Source: a virus
Direction: 5' to 3' (one strand)
IMG/VR virus record: IMGVR_UViG_3300032282_002699
Coordinates: 1-64,000 of that record
Length of the DNA stretch: 64,000 nt
Both the position numbers and the translations under genes were made by a program. Shown one piece after another: positions 19,531 through 30,506 of this stretch (its first letter is position 1; the number at the start of each line of letters is the position of its first letter). The notes beneath the pieces were generated by a model that saw nothing but the letters and a program-made list of their open reading frames with translations, was not told where the DNA came from and did not search any database.

Positions 19531-21498
19531 ATGTTCAAGACTTTCGCAGAAAAAGTAACCAAGCAGTTCGACAAGATTGCTAAGAGCAACGAGCTTTACA
19601 TCGTTGACGCTGGTGACCTTTACCAGACTTATCTTGCGGCTTTCCCTGAGGGAACCAACCCGATCTTTCGGGAGCGTACTGAGCACGATTGCCAGTATTG
19701 CAAGAACTTCATCAACAATGTAGGTTCCGTCGTGGCTATCGCCAACGGGTCCATGCAAACCGTGTGGGATGTTGACGGTGTCGCTCATCCCTACGACAAG
19801 GTGGCGGAAGCAATGGCTAAAGCTGTGCGTAATGGCGCAGTAAAGTCTGTGTTTCGCACGGTAGAATCGGTCTTTGGTCGCCTGCCTAACGTCGATGCCA
19901 AGAACATTGACATCACATGGCACCACCTGTACTGCAAGGTTCCCCGCAAGTACATCACTAGCTCCCCCGGTTCCGCTATCGGTTCCTCTGTATCAAAGCA
20001 TCAAGTTTTGAACAGGGGGTTGAACGAGCTTGTTCCTGAGCATTTTGACACGGTACTCGATCTCATCGAGAGCAACTCCATTTATCGGGGTGAGGAGTTC
20101 AAGAACGCTGTCAAAGACTTCCAGGTTCTTCAGCGTAACTACCTTGCTAAGAAGGCGTCTGATGCTAATGAAGCAGGGTTGTTCGTCTGGGAGAACTGTG
20201 AGCACTGGAACGCAGGTTTCCGCAACACAGTTATTGGTACCCTCCTTGTAGACCTTTCTAATGGGGACTCTTTGGAGGAGGCAGTAAGGAAGTTTGAGCA
20301 GAAGACTGCTCCGACCAACTACAAGCGCCCCACTGCTATCATTTCCAAGCGGATGATTGAGGATGCTGTGAAGACGCTTAAGGAACTCGACATGGAGGAC
20401 TCTCTTGCTAGGCGATTCGCCAGAATCAGCGACATCAGCGTCAATGACGTTCTCTATGTAAACAACGCCATTTCGGGAGCTATGAAGGATGGGATTACTT
20501 CCCTCCTCATGGAAGCTGCCGTTTCCAAACCTCGCAAGGCAAGTAACCCCACCCCAGTCTCTATTGATGAGTTCATGTCGATGTCCCACAAGGACATTGA
20601 GATCATTTTGAGTCACGAACACGAGCCCAACTTCGTCACGGTGACTGCTCCGGTTCACGACGATGTGAACCAACTATTCAAGTGGGGTAACAACTTTGCC
20701 TGGTCGTATGACGGAAACGTCACCGACTCTATCAAGCAGAGGGTTAGGAAGGCTGGCGGAAACGTTACCAATGCAAAACTCCGGTGCTCCCTGGCATGGT
20801 TCAACCTGGATGACCTTGACATTCACTGCCGTGATCCCCTGGGTAGGCAAATCTACTACGGGAACAAGCAGGGGGTTTTGGACGTTGACATGAACGTGGG
20901 TAGCCCTGTTCGCAATGCAGTGGAGAACCTTAGCTGGAGAGAAGGCAGTCTGGCTGATGGTGTCTATACCATCACAGTCAACAACTTCAACCAAAGGGAG
21001 ACAAACGATCCCGGATGTATCCTTGAGGTTGAACACGATGGCAAAATCCAGCAGTTCCGCTATGACCAGCGGCTTGGGAAGAACATCCCAATGCTTGAAC
21101 TTCATGTTCAAGGCAAGGCCTTGACTAAGGTGGTTCCGCTAGCCAAGGGGCTTGTTTCCGGGGCTTCCGGTGAGAAATGGGGTGTTTCCATCGGTAATCC
21201 CGTCAAGGTGAACACCATCATGCTTTCCCCAAACCACTGGGAGAACTCCGGCAACACCGGGAATAAGCACTGGTTCCTCATCCTGGAAGGGTGCAAAAAC
21301 CCTGAGCCTACCCGAGGGATCTACAATGAGTTCCTGTCGGGTAAACTGGAAAAGCACCGGAAAGTCTTCGAGATTCTCGGGGACAAGACTAAGTGCGTTC
21401 CTGTGGAGGAACAACTCTCCGGGGTTGGGTTCTCTTCAACCCGTAAGGACAAAGTTAGCGTCATCGCTGATGGGAGGCCCTATGTGATCTCCTTTTGA
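19531..21498 (+). CDS. Large phage protein with an N-terminal HDCxxC motif and a YfaP/DUF2135-like domain
   Basis: EHDCQYC; LAWFNLDDLDIHC...LDVDMN...VENLSW...G.YTITVNNF. Confidence 0.6.
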   Translation: MFKTFAEKVTKQFDKIAKSNELYIVDAGDLYQTYLAAFPEGTNPIFRERTEHDCQYCKNFINNVGSVVAIANGSMQTVWDVDGVAHPYDKVAEAMAKAVRNGAVKSVFRTVESVFGRLPNVDAKNIDITWHHLYCKVPRKYITSSPGSAIGSSVSKHQVLNRGLNELVPEHFDTVLDLIESNSIYRGEEFKNAVKDFQVLQRNYLAKKASDANEAGLFVWENCEHWNAGFRNTVIGTLLVDLSNGDSLEEAVRKFEQKTAPTNYKRPTAIISKRMIEDAVKTLKELDMEDSLARRFARISDISVNDVLYVNNAISGAMKDGITSLLMEAAVSKPRKASNPTPVSIDEFMSMSHKDIEIILSHEHEPNFVTVTAPVHDDVNQLFKWGNNFAWSYDGNVTDSIKQRVRKAGGNVTNAKLRCSLAWFNLDDLDIHCRDPLGRQIYYGNKQGVLDVDMNVGSPVRNAVENLSWREGSLADGVYTITVNNFNQRETNDPGCILEVEHDGKIQQFRYDQRLGKNIPMLELHVQGKALTKVVPLAKGLVSGASGEKWGVSIGNPVKVNTIMLSPNHWENSGNTGNKHWFLILEGCKNPEPTRGIYNEFLSGKLEKHRKVFEILGDKTKCVPVEEQLSGVGFSSTRKDKVSVIADGRPYVISF

Positions 21499-21544
21499 CC
21501 CTCATTCCACAACAACGTAAATTCGCCATTCGCAAACACCGAAC

Positions 21545-21949
21545 ATGACTGAAATCTTTATCGAAGCCACCCGTAAGAAGTTCCGTTTCCCCAGTGATAA
21601 GGGTGAGCTTACTGTTGAGCAACTTTGGGATCTTCCCCTCACTTCTCGCAATGGGTTCAATCTGAACTCGGTTGCTATTGCGGTGAATACTGAGCTTAGG
21701 GGGCTCACGGAGGAGTCGTTTGTGGAGGTTAATCCTAACCCCCGCCGCTCCCAACTCCGGGACATGCTTGAGATTATCAAGTATGTGATTGCTACCAAGC
21801 AAGAGGAGAACAAGGCTGCAAATGAGCGTGCTGCTAAGGAAACTCTCAAAGAGCGCATCCGAGAGGCTATCGCTGCCAAGCGCAACGAGCAGCTTAACTC
21901 CACATCCCTGGAGGAACTGGAGTCTCAACTGGCTGCCCTTGGTGGTTGA
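21545..21949 (+). CDS. Coiled-coil protein, probable partner of 19531
   Basis: IFIEATRKKFRF..GELTVEQLWDLPL motif; followed by a terminator at about 21965-21988. Confidence 0.6.
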   Translation: MTEIFIEATRKKFRFPSDKGELTVEQLWDLPLTSRNGFNLNSVAIAVNTELRGLTEESFVEVNPNPRRSQLRDMLEIIKYVIATKQEENKAANERAAKETLKERIREAIAAKRNEQLNSTSLEELESQLAALGG

Positions 21950-22707
21950 CCCATCTTGAGGTGTGGCCCTGGGAAACCGGGGCCTTTCCCCTGTTCAAAT
22001 ACCTTAACTCAGGTTGACACAAAGAGAATGACAAAACCACTACTGAACAGTATCTTTAAGGTAACATCAATCCTTGTATCTGCTGCCAATGTGACCCACC
22101 AAGGGTACGAGGACTTCCATGATGGGTGGATTCAAGGGAGGAAAAACCTGGCCCTTTACATCTTTTCTGAGTTGGAGTTTGCCCTTAAAGTTATCCCAAT
22201 CATTGTTAATGAGGCTATCGCCCCTGACCCTGGGTCCGAAAGCTATGGTGATGGGTGGACTCAAGGGAGGAGGGACCTCTCTCAGCAGATTCTCACAGAG
22301 CTTGGGGTGGATCATGAAGTCTTATAACGGCTGCCCAACCATCTGAAAATGGAGAAGATGACTAAGCAAGGGATGAGAAGGTTGCTTGACTCTATGGCCA
22401 ACGTCAGGCTAATAAATGGTTGTTACAATCTGGTTACAGCCAAAGCTGAGTTTTCCAAATACTCCCTAGAGCTACAGGTGGAGGTCACACACCCGGCCTT
22501 AGTGTGGCAGTGTGGTAAGAAAAACAATGTGACACTCACCTACTGGAAGGGGTATAGTGGGGTTAACATTGACATACCTGACGAGCTTAGGGATAAGGTC
22601 GAGGTTATGAGAGTTTTGGGGACAATGGGTGATGAAGAGGCAGCGGCTTTGTCAAGAGGGAACGCAGCCTGTTTTGCCAAACTTTGTGATGACCTTGGCT
22701 TGGGGCC

Positions 22708-22736
22708 TTGACCATATGCAGCCAAGGTGCTATAAT
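22708..22736 (+). promoter_or_regulatory. Sigma70-type promoter
   Basis: TTGACC-N17-TATAAT with TGn. Confidence 0.7.
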
Positions 22737-23849
22737 AATGGTGAATCGCCCCCGTGGAAATGAAAACCTCTCCCTGGATCGTTAAAGACGGTTACTGCGC
22801 CATGCGAGTCATTGCGGGGTCAGACCCCAGCCTTACCGCTAATCGGGTTGCCTTCATTGAAAAGACCCCACGCATTCGGGTTGCTCCGTTTTCCGAGAAG
22901 GAAGACTTCAAGAACTGGGAGTCAGGCCCTAGTGGGAGCGGGGGAGGCGACCCTGAAAAGGACGAGACCTACGGATTCGATCCGTACTCCCGTAAGTGGT
23001 GCGATGAGCGGCTTATTGCTATGGGTTTTGAGCTTGGTTGAGGGTACCTTTTGTGAAATTAGAACTTTCCTGCAAATTGCTGAGCAGTTGTGTATGCTGC
23101 GGCCATGGCTCAGGTTTTTTCAGGGTTTTTGGTTACGGTCTGGCCTGGAAGGATACCAATGTTCACCCTTTACTCTTTAGCGAACGGCTAAGGGTAACAA
23201 AGTTCCTTAGGATTGGTCGTTACATCATAAAACCTCTCACGAGGGATCAACTGAACATTGTGAAATGAACTCAAGTGAAGCTAGAAGACTCATTGGCAAG
23301 GAGATACTGTGGGATGTAGCTATTGAAAGGCACCGAAGTATACTCGGCCCTAGCCGTGGCATTGTCGAGGACGTGTCAGGGAAGAACATTCTCATTAGTG
23401 GGGATTGGAGATGGTTGCCTGACATTCGCAATGTATCCGTGTTAAATGAATACTGACGCCCTACTAAGAACGTTCAACTTTAAGATGTTTTACTATGGGG
23501 TAGCCTTTGACGATGTCCCGACTAACTGGTTTGTAAGATGGTCTACTGGGAAGAAATCATGGAAAAGATTCTGGATCTTTAGAAAGTTGAAAGTCATAAA
23601 TAAAACAGAAGAGGACATTGAGGTATTTTGCCAGTACCTTGACATCTGGGATAAGAAACTCTATCTGTTCTTTACGCCTCCTGAGATTACCGGAAGTAGG
23701 AAGATTGTGTATTTTTCAAGTTCTCATGAACCTATGACAATGTTGGAAAGCCTTAAGGCTAAGCTTGATGCTAGTTCGTTGGGGGATCACACCCTGTTCA
23801 ACACAAAAGACCTAGGCTGGTAGTTCACCTTTAGACACATTTAGAAGTA

Positions 23850-24422
23850 ATGGAAAACAAAACTGTAGTAATTAACTTGTTTGGCGGATCAGGGTGCGGT
23901 AAGTCTACGACCGCCGCTCTCCTGTTTGCCCGCATGAAACTCAATGGAATGCACGTTGAGCTTGTCAGGGAGTATGTCAAGTATTGGGCATGGAATGACC
24001 GCAAGGTCAGAGAGTGGGATCAGCTTTACCTCCTCGGAAAGCAAAGTGCTTACGAAAGCATGTTGTATGGGAAGGTCGATTTCATTGTAACCGATAGCCC
24101 CATTCTCCTGGCTGGCATCTATCAGGACTACAGGTCTGGTGGACTTGACAAATACGTGGGCTATGCTGCAAAGTCTTTCATGAATCATGCAAAGTCCACA
24201 GGAGTGGAGTATGTGAACCTCATCCTGAAGCGCACTAAACCCTTCGATCCACGTGGACGATGGGAAACAGAAGAGGAGGCTAAAAAGATTGATGAGTTCG
24301 TTAGGAACTACCTAGTTGATTATGATGGTATCCCGATTGAAGTTTACGGACCCAACAACAAGAGGGATGAGGAGATTCTCAACATTTTGCAAGCAAATCG
24401 TAAGATCGAGTCTTGGGAGTGA
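23850..24422 (+). CDS. NadR/AAA_28-type P-loop nucleoside/nucleotide kinase
   Basis: INLFGGSGCGKST, ELVREY, VTDSPILL and GRWETEEEA motifs. Confidence 0.8.
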   Translation: MENKTVVINLFGGSGCGKSTTAALLFARMKLNGMHVELVREYVKYWAWNDRKVREWDQLYLLGKQSAYESMLYGKVDFIVTDSPILLAGIYQDYRSGGLDKYVGYAAKSFMNHAKSTGVEYVNLILKRTKPFDPRGRWETEEEAKKIDEFVRNYLVDYDGIPIEVYGPNNKRDEEILNILQANRKIESWE

Positions 24423-24486
24423 AGTCTGTTTCGGCAGATGTTGGGGGTTTCGGGTAAGGGAAAAGGAATCGTTAAATTTGATCCAC

Positions 24487-25314
24487 ATGAAACAGTCACA
24501 AAATAAAAGAGTTACAGGTAAAGAACAGTATTACACCCCGGTTGAGACAAGTTCCCACTGTCTTGAAATTATGCTGAAGTTCTCTCCAGATAGGGGGCAA
24601 ACATGGCTAGAGCCTGCGGGAGGGACAGGTTCATTTATTGAGGCTTTTACGCTGTCCGGTATAAAAGAAGACAAAATACTTTCATTTGACATAGAACCTA
24701 AGCACAGACTCGTAAGACTGACTGAAGACTTCTTACAAGAGGATATCTCTTTCATCGCAGGTTGCACCACATTAACTAACCCCCCATTCGGAAGGGCTAA
24801 TAAGTTATCTGTACCATTCTTCAACAAATGTGCTCAGGTTTCAGACTTCATAGGATTCATAGTGCCAAAGAGCTGGAGAAAATGGTCGGTTATTGACAGA
24901 CTGAACCCGAACTTCCACCTAGTTTATGACGAAGACTTGAGCATAGATTATGTCTACGATGAACATGACCAGAGCCGTAGTAAAGGGAAGTTGGCTACCG
25001 TTTACCAGATATGGGAAAGGCATGACTATGAGAGAGAACCCATAGTGGTAGAGGATAGAGGATACATTAAGAAATGTTCTCCTGAGGAAGCAGACGTTAG
25101 CCTAACTGTATTTGGTAGGGGGTGCGGAGGCTTATCGACTGAGTTTCCCCGAAAACCCAACACTACCCAAATGTTCTTAAAGGTTGCAGATGGGGCTGTA
25201 CTAAAAGCATTGAACTGTGTTGATTACGAAAGGTTTTTCAATAATGTTGCCTTTGTTGAAGCTCTCTCCATAAAAGAGATACGTTTCTTGCTGAATGAGT
25301 ATTTTGATAGTTAA
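24487..25314 (+). CDS. DNA adenine methyltransferase (gamma-class motif order)
   Basis: EQYYTP, motif I LEPAGGTGSF, FDIEP, motif IV TNPPFG, FIVP. Confidence 0.85.
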   Translation: MKQSQNKRVTGKEQYYTPVETSSHCLEIMLKFSPDRGQTWLEPAGGTGSFIEAFTLSGIKEDKILSFDIEPKHRLVRLTEDFLQEDISFIAGCTTLTNPPFGRANKLSVPFFNKCAQVSDFIGFIVPKSWRKWSVIDRLNPNFHLVYDEDLSIDYVYDEHDQSRSKGKLATVYQIWERHDYEREPIVVEDRGYIKKCSPEEADVSLTVFGRGCGGLSTEFPRKPNTTQMFLKVADGAVLKALNCVDYERFFNNVAFVEALSIKEIRFLLNEYFDS

Positions 25315-25425
25315 GGACTGAAAAGGATTTGGACTATTGACATGGGGAAATTGTGCCGCCCTCCTCCCAAGGTAGTTAGCGATGGGGTACCTGAACAAAA
25401 CTGAACGATTTTAGACTGATAAGAA

Positions 25426-26022
25426 ATGAGAACTGCCGAAATTAAAAAGACTTGCAAGGATCTTGAAATCGAAACTAATGTCCTATACAGTTGCCAAATT
25501 GACAGCTTGACTGTTAACGTGGGTGGAGTTCCGATCGATGTAACAGACACTATGAAAAACGGTAGAACAAATTATCAAATAACTGAAAACATCGTCTGTA
25601 AGTTCTTTAATCTTAACAAGGGAATCGGAGTAGACTTGGTTGACTATGCCGGGAATAAATATGAGATTAAAGCGTTTTTAGATAGCGACGCTTACCCCGG
25701 AGATGGGAAGAGAGAGGATAGGATCCACACTGCGGCATCCAGTGCATTTAAGGCAAATAATAATGGGCCAACAATCTCTAGGCTAGTAAAAAACGACAAC
25801 TATGGGGAGGCACTTTCGATTTGCGACAAACTAAGCTATAACAAAATTGACTACTTCATTTACACGAATACCCGTCAGTTTAAAGCTAGCCAGCCGCTCA
25901 AGATCATGTTTTTCGAAAAGGAATATGTTATGGACCGACTAGATCCTGAGGATCCACGGCTAATCTCACGCCGAACACTTTTGAACTCCTGCACCGGGAC
26001 GGTTCACCTTTCCCTTGACTGA
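25426..26022 (+). CDS. Putative PD-(D/E)xK endonuclease
   Basis: ITEN...GVDLVD...KYEIK motif; adjacent to the methyltransferase; AT-rich. Confidence 0.4.
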   Translation: MRTAEIKKTCKDLEIETNVLYSCQIDSLTVNVGGVPIDVTDTMKNGRTNYQITENIVCKFFNLNKGIGVDLVDYAGNKYEIKAFLDSDAYPGDGKREDRIHTAASSAFKANNNGPTISRLVKNDNYGEALSICDKLSYNKIDYFIYTNTRQFKASQPLKIMFFEKEYVMDRLDPEDPRLISRRTLLNSCTGTVHLSLD

Positions 26023-26042
26023 GGCTTGGGCATCGGCATCCC

Positions 26043-26100
26043 TTGCACTCCCCCCGGAAGTCTGGTATAATATGGGAGTAAGGGCGGCTGAGCCGTCCAC
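26043..26100 (+). promoter_or_regulatory. Early promoter/stem-loop element, copy 7
   Basis: TTGCAC-N17-TATAAT(26066)-ATGGGAGTAA-GGGCGGC tga GCCGTCC-AC; ATG at 26117. Confidence 0.85.
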
Positions 26101-26116
26101 CGCTGAGGGGGTCAAA

Positions 26117-26746
26117 ATGGAAGCAATCAAATACCCCCGGACGTTCCACCTGCCGTGGTCCGAGGCCATCACCTCCGACGACAAGGTTTCCCAGTCTGTG
26201 TCCCAGTTTGAGGGTCGCATGGTGGTGGTGACTGAGAAGATGGACGGTGAGAACACGACCATGTACCGGGACAACATTCACGCCCGCAGCCTGGATGGCA
26301 AGGGTGGGGAGGACCGGGCCTGGGTCAAACAGTTTTGGGCTCAAATCCAGGGTGACATCCCCCAGGGGTGGCGAATCTGCGGTGAGAACCTTTGGGCCCG
26401 CCACAGCATTTCCTACTCTGATCTGCAGTCGTTTTTCTACGGGTTCAGCATCTGGGATGAAAACAACATGGCTCTCTCTTGGGAGGATACTGTTGAATAC
26501 TTCGGTATGCTTGGTGTCCAGCCGGTGCCCGTTATCTACTCTGGGGTCTGGAACGAGAAGGAAATTCGCAACCTTGTGAAGGGCCTTGACGTGTCCAAGA
26601 CTGAGGGTTACGTTGTTCGCCTGGCTGATGCCTTTGCCTACGACAACTTCAGCCAATCCGTGGCAAAGTTTGTCCGCAAGGGCCATGTTCAGACCGACAA
26701 GCACTGGCGGCATCAGGCTATTGTCCCCAATGCCCTCATTGCTTGA
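26117..26746 (+). CDS. RNA ligase family nucleotidyltransferase
   Basis: KYPRTFHLPWS, motif I TEKMDGEN, CGEN, EGYVVR and AKFVR. Confidence 0.9.
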   Translation: MEAIKYPRTFHLPWSEAITSDDKVSQSVSQFEGRMVVVTEKMDGENTTMYRDNIHARSLDGKGGEDRAWVKQFWAQIQGDIPQGWRICGENLWARHSISYSDLQSFFYGFSIWDENNMALSWEDTVEYFGMLGVQPVPVIYSGVWNEKEIRNLVKGLDVSKTEGYVVRLADAFAYDNFSQSVAKFVRKGHVQTDKHWRHQAIVPNALIA

Positions 26747-26752
26747 TTGACT

Positions 26753-26777
26753 GGCCCCTGGGAAAGGGGCCTTTTCT
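26753..26777 (+). terminator. Rho-independent terminator
   Basis: GGCCCCT gggaa AGGGGCC followed by TTTTCT. Confidence 0.75.
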
Positions 26778-26835
26778 CTATTGACTATCGGCGGGTAAGA
26801 GAATGGGGTTGACCCGCCAAATAAATACCCCAGTT

Positions 26836-27600
26836 ATGAAATTAGAAGCAGTAATCGTCTGTGTGAACTACGCCGACTTCCTATCACATACTCTGCCAAG
26901 TTCCTCCTCTCAGATTGATAACCTCGTTGTTGTTACGCATCCTAGCGACAAGGACACACAGGCACTATGTTCCTATTATGGGGTTGAATGCGTTGTAACG
27001 GAAGTTTTTTACGAAAACGGAGACATTTTCAATAAAGGTAAGGGTATCTGTGAGGGGTTGAAACACCTTGACATGGACGGGTGGGTGCTTCACATGGATG
27101 CTGATATTTACCTCCCTCCAACAACTAGGAAGGCTCTTGATAATGTCCCATTGGACTCATCTAAGATTTACGGGGTTGACAGGTTGATGTGTCAAGGGTA
27201 TGACAAGTGGGTTAAGTTCATAGAAAACCCCCGGCCCATACACACTTCCGGCTACCTCGTCCACTTAGGCTATTTCCCTGTTGGAGCACGTTTGGTGAAG
27301 TACAAGGATCCGGGACAAGGGTATGAGCCGATCGGGTTTTTCCAGCTATGGGACCCTTCAGGGTCGGGGGTGTACGAGTACCCTAAGAAGCATGGTGCGG
27401 CGGACAAAACAGACGTCATCCATGCTAAGAAGTGGCCCAGGAGTAAGAGGGAGCTTTTGCCGGAAGTTGTTGTTATCCATCTGGCAACAACTCAGAAGAT
27501 GGGGGCTAATTGGAATGGTAGGACTTCCCCAAGGTTTGGAAACTTCTCCACCTCTGACTACCTTGACCTACCTGATTACGGAGGTTATTCATCAACCTAA
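26836..27600 (+). CDS. GT-A fold glycosyltransferase (GT2-like)
   Basis: AVIVCVNYADFL, FNKGKGI, HMDADI (DxD) and GFFQLW motifs. Confidence 0.75.
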   Translation: MKLEAVIVCVNYADFLSHTLPSSSSQIDNLVVVTHPSDKDTQALCSYYGVECVVTEVFYENGDIFNKGKGICEGLKHLDMDGWVLHMDADIYLPPTTRKALDNVPLDSSKIYGVDRLMCQGYDKWVKFIENPRPIHTSGYLVHLGYFPVGARLVKYKDPGQGYEPIGFFQLWDPSGSGVYEYPKKHGAADKTDVIHAKKWPRSKRELLPEVVVIHLATTQKMGANWNGRTSPRFGNFSTSDYLDLPDYGGYSST

Positions 27601-27653
27601 CGGTAACTACACTTTTCTAAAACTTTTCTAAACTTTCCAACAAGTTTTGTAAA

Positions 27654-28181
27654 ATGGTAACTATCTACAAACCTCCCACAAGTCTATCGAGTGTATGGTC
27701 ACGGGACAGGTATAAGGTGTTTCTGGCGGGATCAATCGAGATGGGGAAGGCTGAGGATTGGCAATCCCGCATTGAGAGTGAACTGTCCGATCTTGATATG
27801 GACATTTACAACCCCCGCAGAGATGACTGGGATTCCACCTGGGAGCAGAGGGCCGATAATCCTCAGTTTAGGGAACAGGTGGAATGGGAGCTTTCGGCCC
27901 TTGAGGCTGTCAACACCATTGTCATGTACCTGTCGCCTGGGACAATCAGCCCCATCTCCTTGTTGGAGCTTGGCTTATTTGCAAAACCTTTCAACGGGAG
28001 GCTAATCGTTTGTTGTCCCGAGGGTTTTCACAGAAAGGGCAACGTTGACATTGTTTGCCAAAGGTGCAACATTAAGCAGGTTGAGCAACTAGATGATGTG
28101 GTTTCTCTGCTAAGACAGAAAGAGGAAAAGTTCAGGAATGAACCTGCACCTGGTCCTTACGAACTTTTCATTATCTCTTGA
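27654..28181 (+). CDS. Nucleoside 2-deoxyribosyltransferase-like protein
   Basis: VFLAGSIE, NPRR, QVEWE and SPISLLELG motifs. Confidence 0.85.
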   Translation: MVTIYKPPTSLSSVWSRDRYKVFLAGSIEMGKAEDWQSRIESELSDLDMDIYNPRRDDWDSTWEQRADNPQFREQVEWELSALEAVNTIVMYLSPGTISPISLLELGLFAKPFNGRLIVCCPEGFHRKGNVDIVCQRCNIKQVEQLDDVVSLLRQKEEKFRNEPAPGPYELFIIS

Positions 28182-28579
28182 AGTGAGGGGGTAATAATAA
28201 TAAAAAAAAGTTTTTCATATTCTTTTGAAAATTATTTCTAGGCAAGTATGGTATCTCTGAAGATAGTTGTTAAGTCGGGAGGAAAGTGGCACCGGGCCAT
28301 CTATACAAATGACTCCACGGGGGTTCAAGTCGCTGTTCTGGTTAGGGAGCCCCAAGGGGACAAGGTGAGGCTGTCCATTCCGATCGAAGGGATGGGAGGC
28401 TGGGCCGTGACCCTCCCGTCGCCGCAACTGGCTACCAAAGTGGCTCACAGGGAGGTGTCGATGGTCGGAAGGCTCTACAACAGGATCGTGTTCCTGCCGT
28501 GGGCGTTCATCCGTCACGAGCTTCGTTGACCTCCGGCCCCCTGGCGTGCTATAGTGTAAGCAGTTAGGTGCCAACGGAA

Positions 28580-29215
28580 ATGCAAGTAAGGTTTATAGGA
28601 GATGTACACGGGAAGTGGAACATCTATAAGAAGATAATCAAAGGGTGTGACCGATCCTTGCAGGTGGGGGACTTTGGGGTGGGCTTCCGTAACCCGATGA
28701 CGGAAAAAGACTATAGCAATCCCCCCTACGACCACATGAAGAAGGGTGAGCATTACTTCATCCGGGGTAACCACGATAACCCCGCAGTTTGCTCTAGGCA
28801 CCCGTTCTGGATCAAGGATGGTGGCAATGTTTTCGGGAGAAACGACATCTTCTGTGTCGGCGGAGCACTGTCTATAGACAAGGATCGTCGGACTGAGGGG
28901 TACGACTGGTGGCACGATGAGGAGCTTTCCTATGGGCAGCTCTGCAATCTCATGGATGCCTATGAGCTTATCAAGCCTGCCATTGTCGTGAGCCATGAGT
29001 GCCCCGATACTGTGATTTCAAGGGTTTGCCATGAGAAGGGAATGCACAAGTATGACATCCCCTCTGTGACAAGAAGGTGCTTCGACAACTTCCTAGAGAT
29101 TCATAGGCCTGACATCTGGATTCATGGCCATTGGCATCTCTCGTATTGGGCTATTCACAGGGGAGTCCAGTTCATCGGTTTGGGTGAACTAGAGCATCTT
29201 GACCTTGACATTTAA
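28580..29215 (+). CDS. Calcineurin-like metallophosphoesterase
   Basis: IGDVHG, QVGDFG, RGNHD, SHECP and HGHWH motifs; promoter TTGACC-N18-TATAGT at 28526-28555. Confidence 0.85.
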   Translation: MQVRFIGDVHGKWNIYKKIIKGCDRSLQVGDFGVGFRNPMTEKDYSNPPYDHMKKGEHYFIRGNHDNPAVCSRHPFWIKDGGNVFGRNDIFCVGGALSIDKDRRTEGYDWWHDEELSYGQLCNLMDAYELIKPAIVVSHECPDTVISRVCHEKGMHKYDIPSVTRRCFDNFLEIHRPDIWIHGHWHLSYWAIHRGVQFIGLGELEHLDLDI

Positions 29216-30344
29216 CCCGTTGTTAGATGACCGAATCACTTAGTTTAATGGACATAGACGAGTTCATAGTTAGTTACGGGAAGTTGTTCGACTTCAAGGA
29301 GTTTAAGTATGACCTTCTCTACGAAGCAACAGAAGTTGAAACTTTCTTCGGTCGCAAGAAGGTTGAAAACAGGTACTACATGACACGCTCCTGCCGGGAT
29401 ACCATCTACGAAGGGGTGCATCATGTTTTCTCCTATGACCGCTTATTCGGCTCATACAAGTTTGTGAGGCCAAATCATTTACCACACGACAGGATATCTA
29501 CAGTGTACTGGGAAGATCGCCAAGATTCTATCAATTTCCTGACAACATTGAAGGGTCGGCTAGACCCGAAGGAGCACGTGTCTTATGTTGTGTTTAGCTC
29601 CGACGATGTTCCTTAGCAAGGGTAAAATCTTGACTGTCGTATCAATTCTCCCAGAGAAATGGGATTCCCTTATGGAGTAACAGCGGGGATCGGTCTTGTT
29701 TTACTAGCAACGATCTGGTTTATTTATTACGTTCTAACCCTAGATTCCACGAAATAGTAGAGAAATGTTTGAGCTTAAACTGAATGAGGCTGCGTCCATC
29801 GTATGCAGAAACCCTGTCCATGTGCCACAAGCTGTATCACTACTATCCAAATCACTACCAAAAGACAACTCCGTGTCCATGAGTGTGGACGCTATAGTTA
29901 GTCACTGGTGGGACCGACAGCTCTTCCTTAACATTAAGCTGACGTGAAAATAGGGTAATAGTTCAGCTAAAGGACTTTTTAACAATGTCCTAGTAGTTGT
30001 TCAGTTTAATCTATGGTTCACTTATTAGTATCGGAGGGGAGGAATACCGACCCAGTAAGATTCTTTCGCAGCAGGGTTAGGGTTTATGTGGGTGAAGACT
30101 ATGCCTATGGCTTCTGGGTAGATGAGGACGTTCTATTTTCTTTCCTAGACATTGACCAGAAGAAGGAATACCTGACTAAAAAGAAAGGAATCCCCTTAGA
30201 GTTGACAATAGAGCGCCGTCTGGTTCAGCGGCTTGTGGAGACCGATCACACCATCAAGGGTAAGAGGGAGATCCTCCAGTTTTTGTCAGAGGTTGACTAA
30301 GGTAGGGTAAAATGCTAAAATGGTAGGAGGACGCTCGGAGTCAA

Positions 30345-30506
30345 ATGGACATTAACAGCCCCGAAATCAGCAGGAAGCTTGCTATTCTGATTCAGTACCT
30401 TGACTTTGAGGAAAGGCGGAAGTTCCTTGAGAAGGCGGCTGAGTCCCCTGACCTGCGCTTTTTCCTGGAGAGTTTGATCGAAGCTAAGGGGGTTAAGGAC
30501 TTATGA
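30345..30506 (+). CDS. Small helical protein (53 aa), candidate immunity protein; not in the ORF track
   Basis: MDINSPEISRKLAILIQYLDFEERRKFLEKAAESPDLRFFLESLIEAKGVKDL; GGAG RBS; ATGA overlap with 30503. Confidence 0.65.
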   Translation: MDINSPEISRKLAILIQYLDFEERRKFLEKAAESPDLRFFLESLIEAKGVKDL

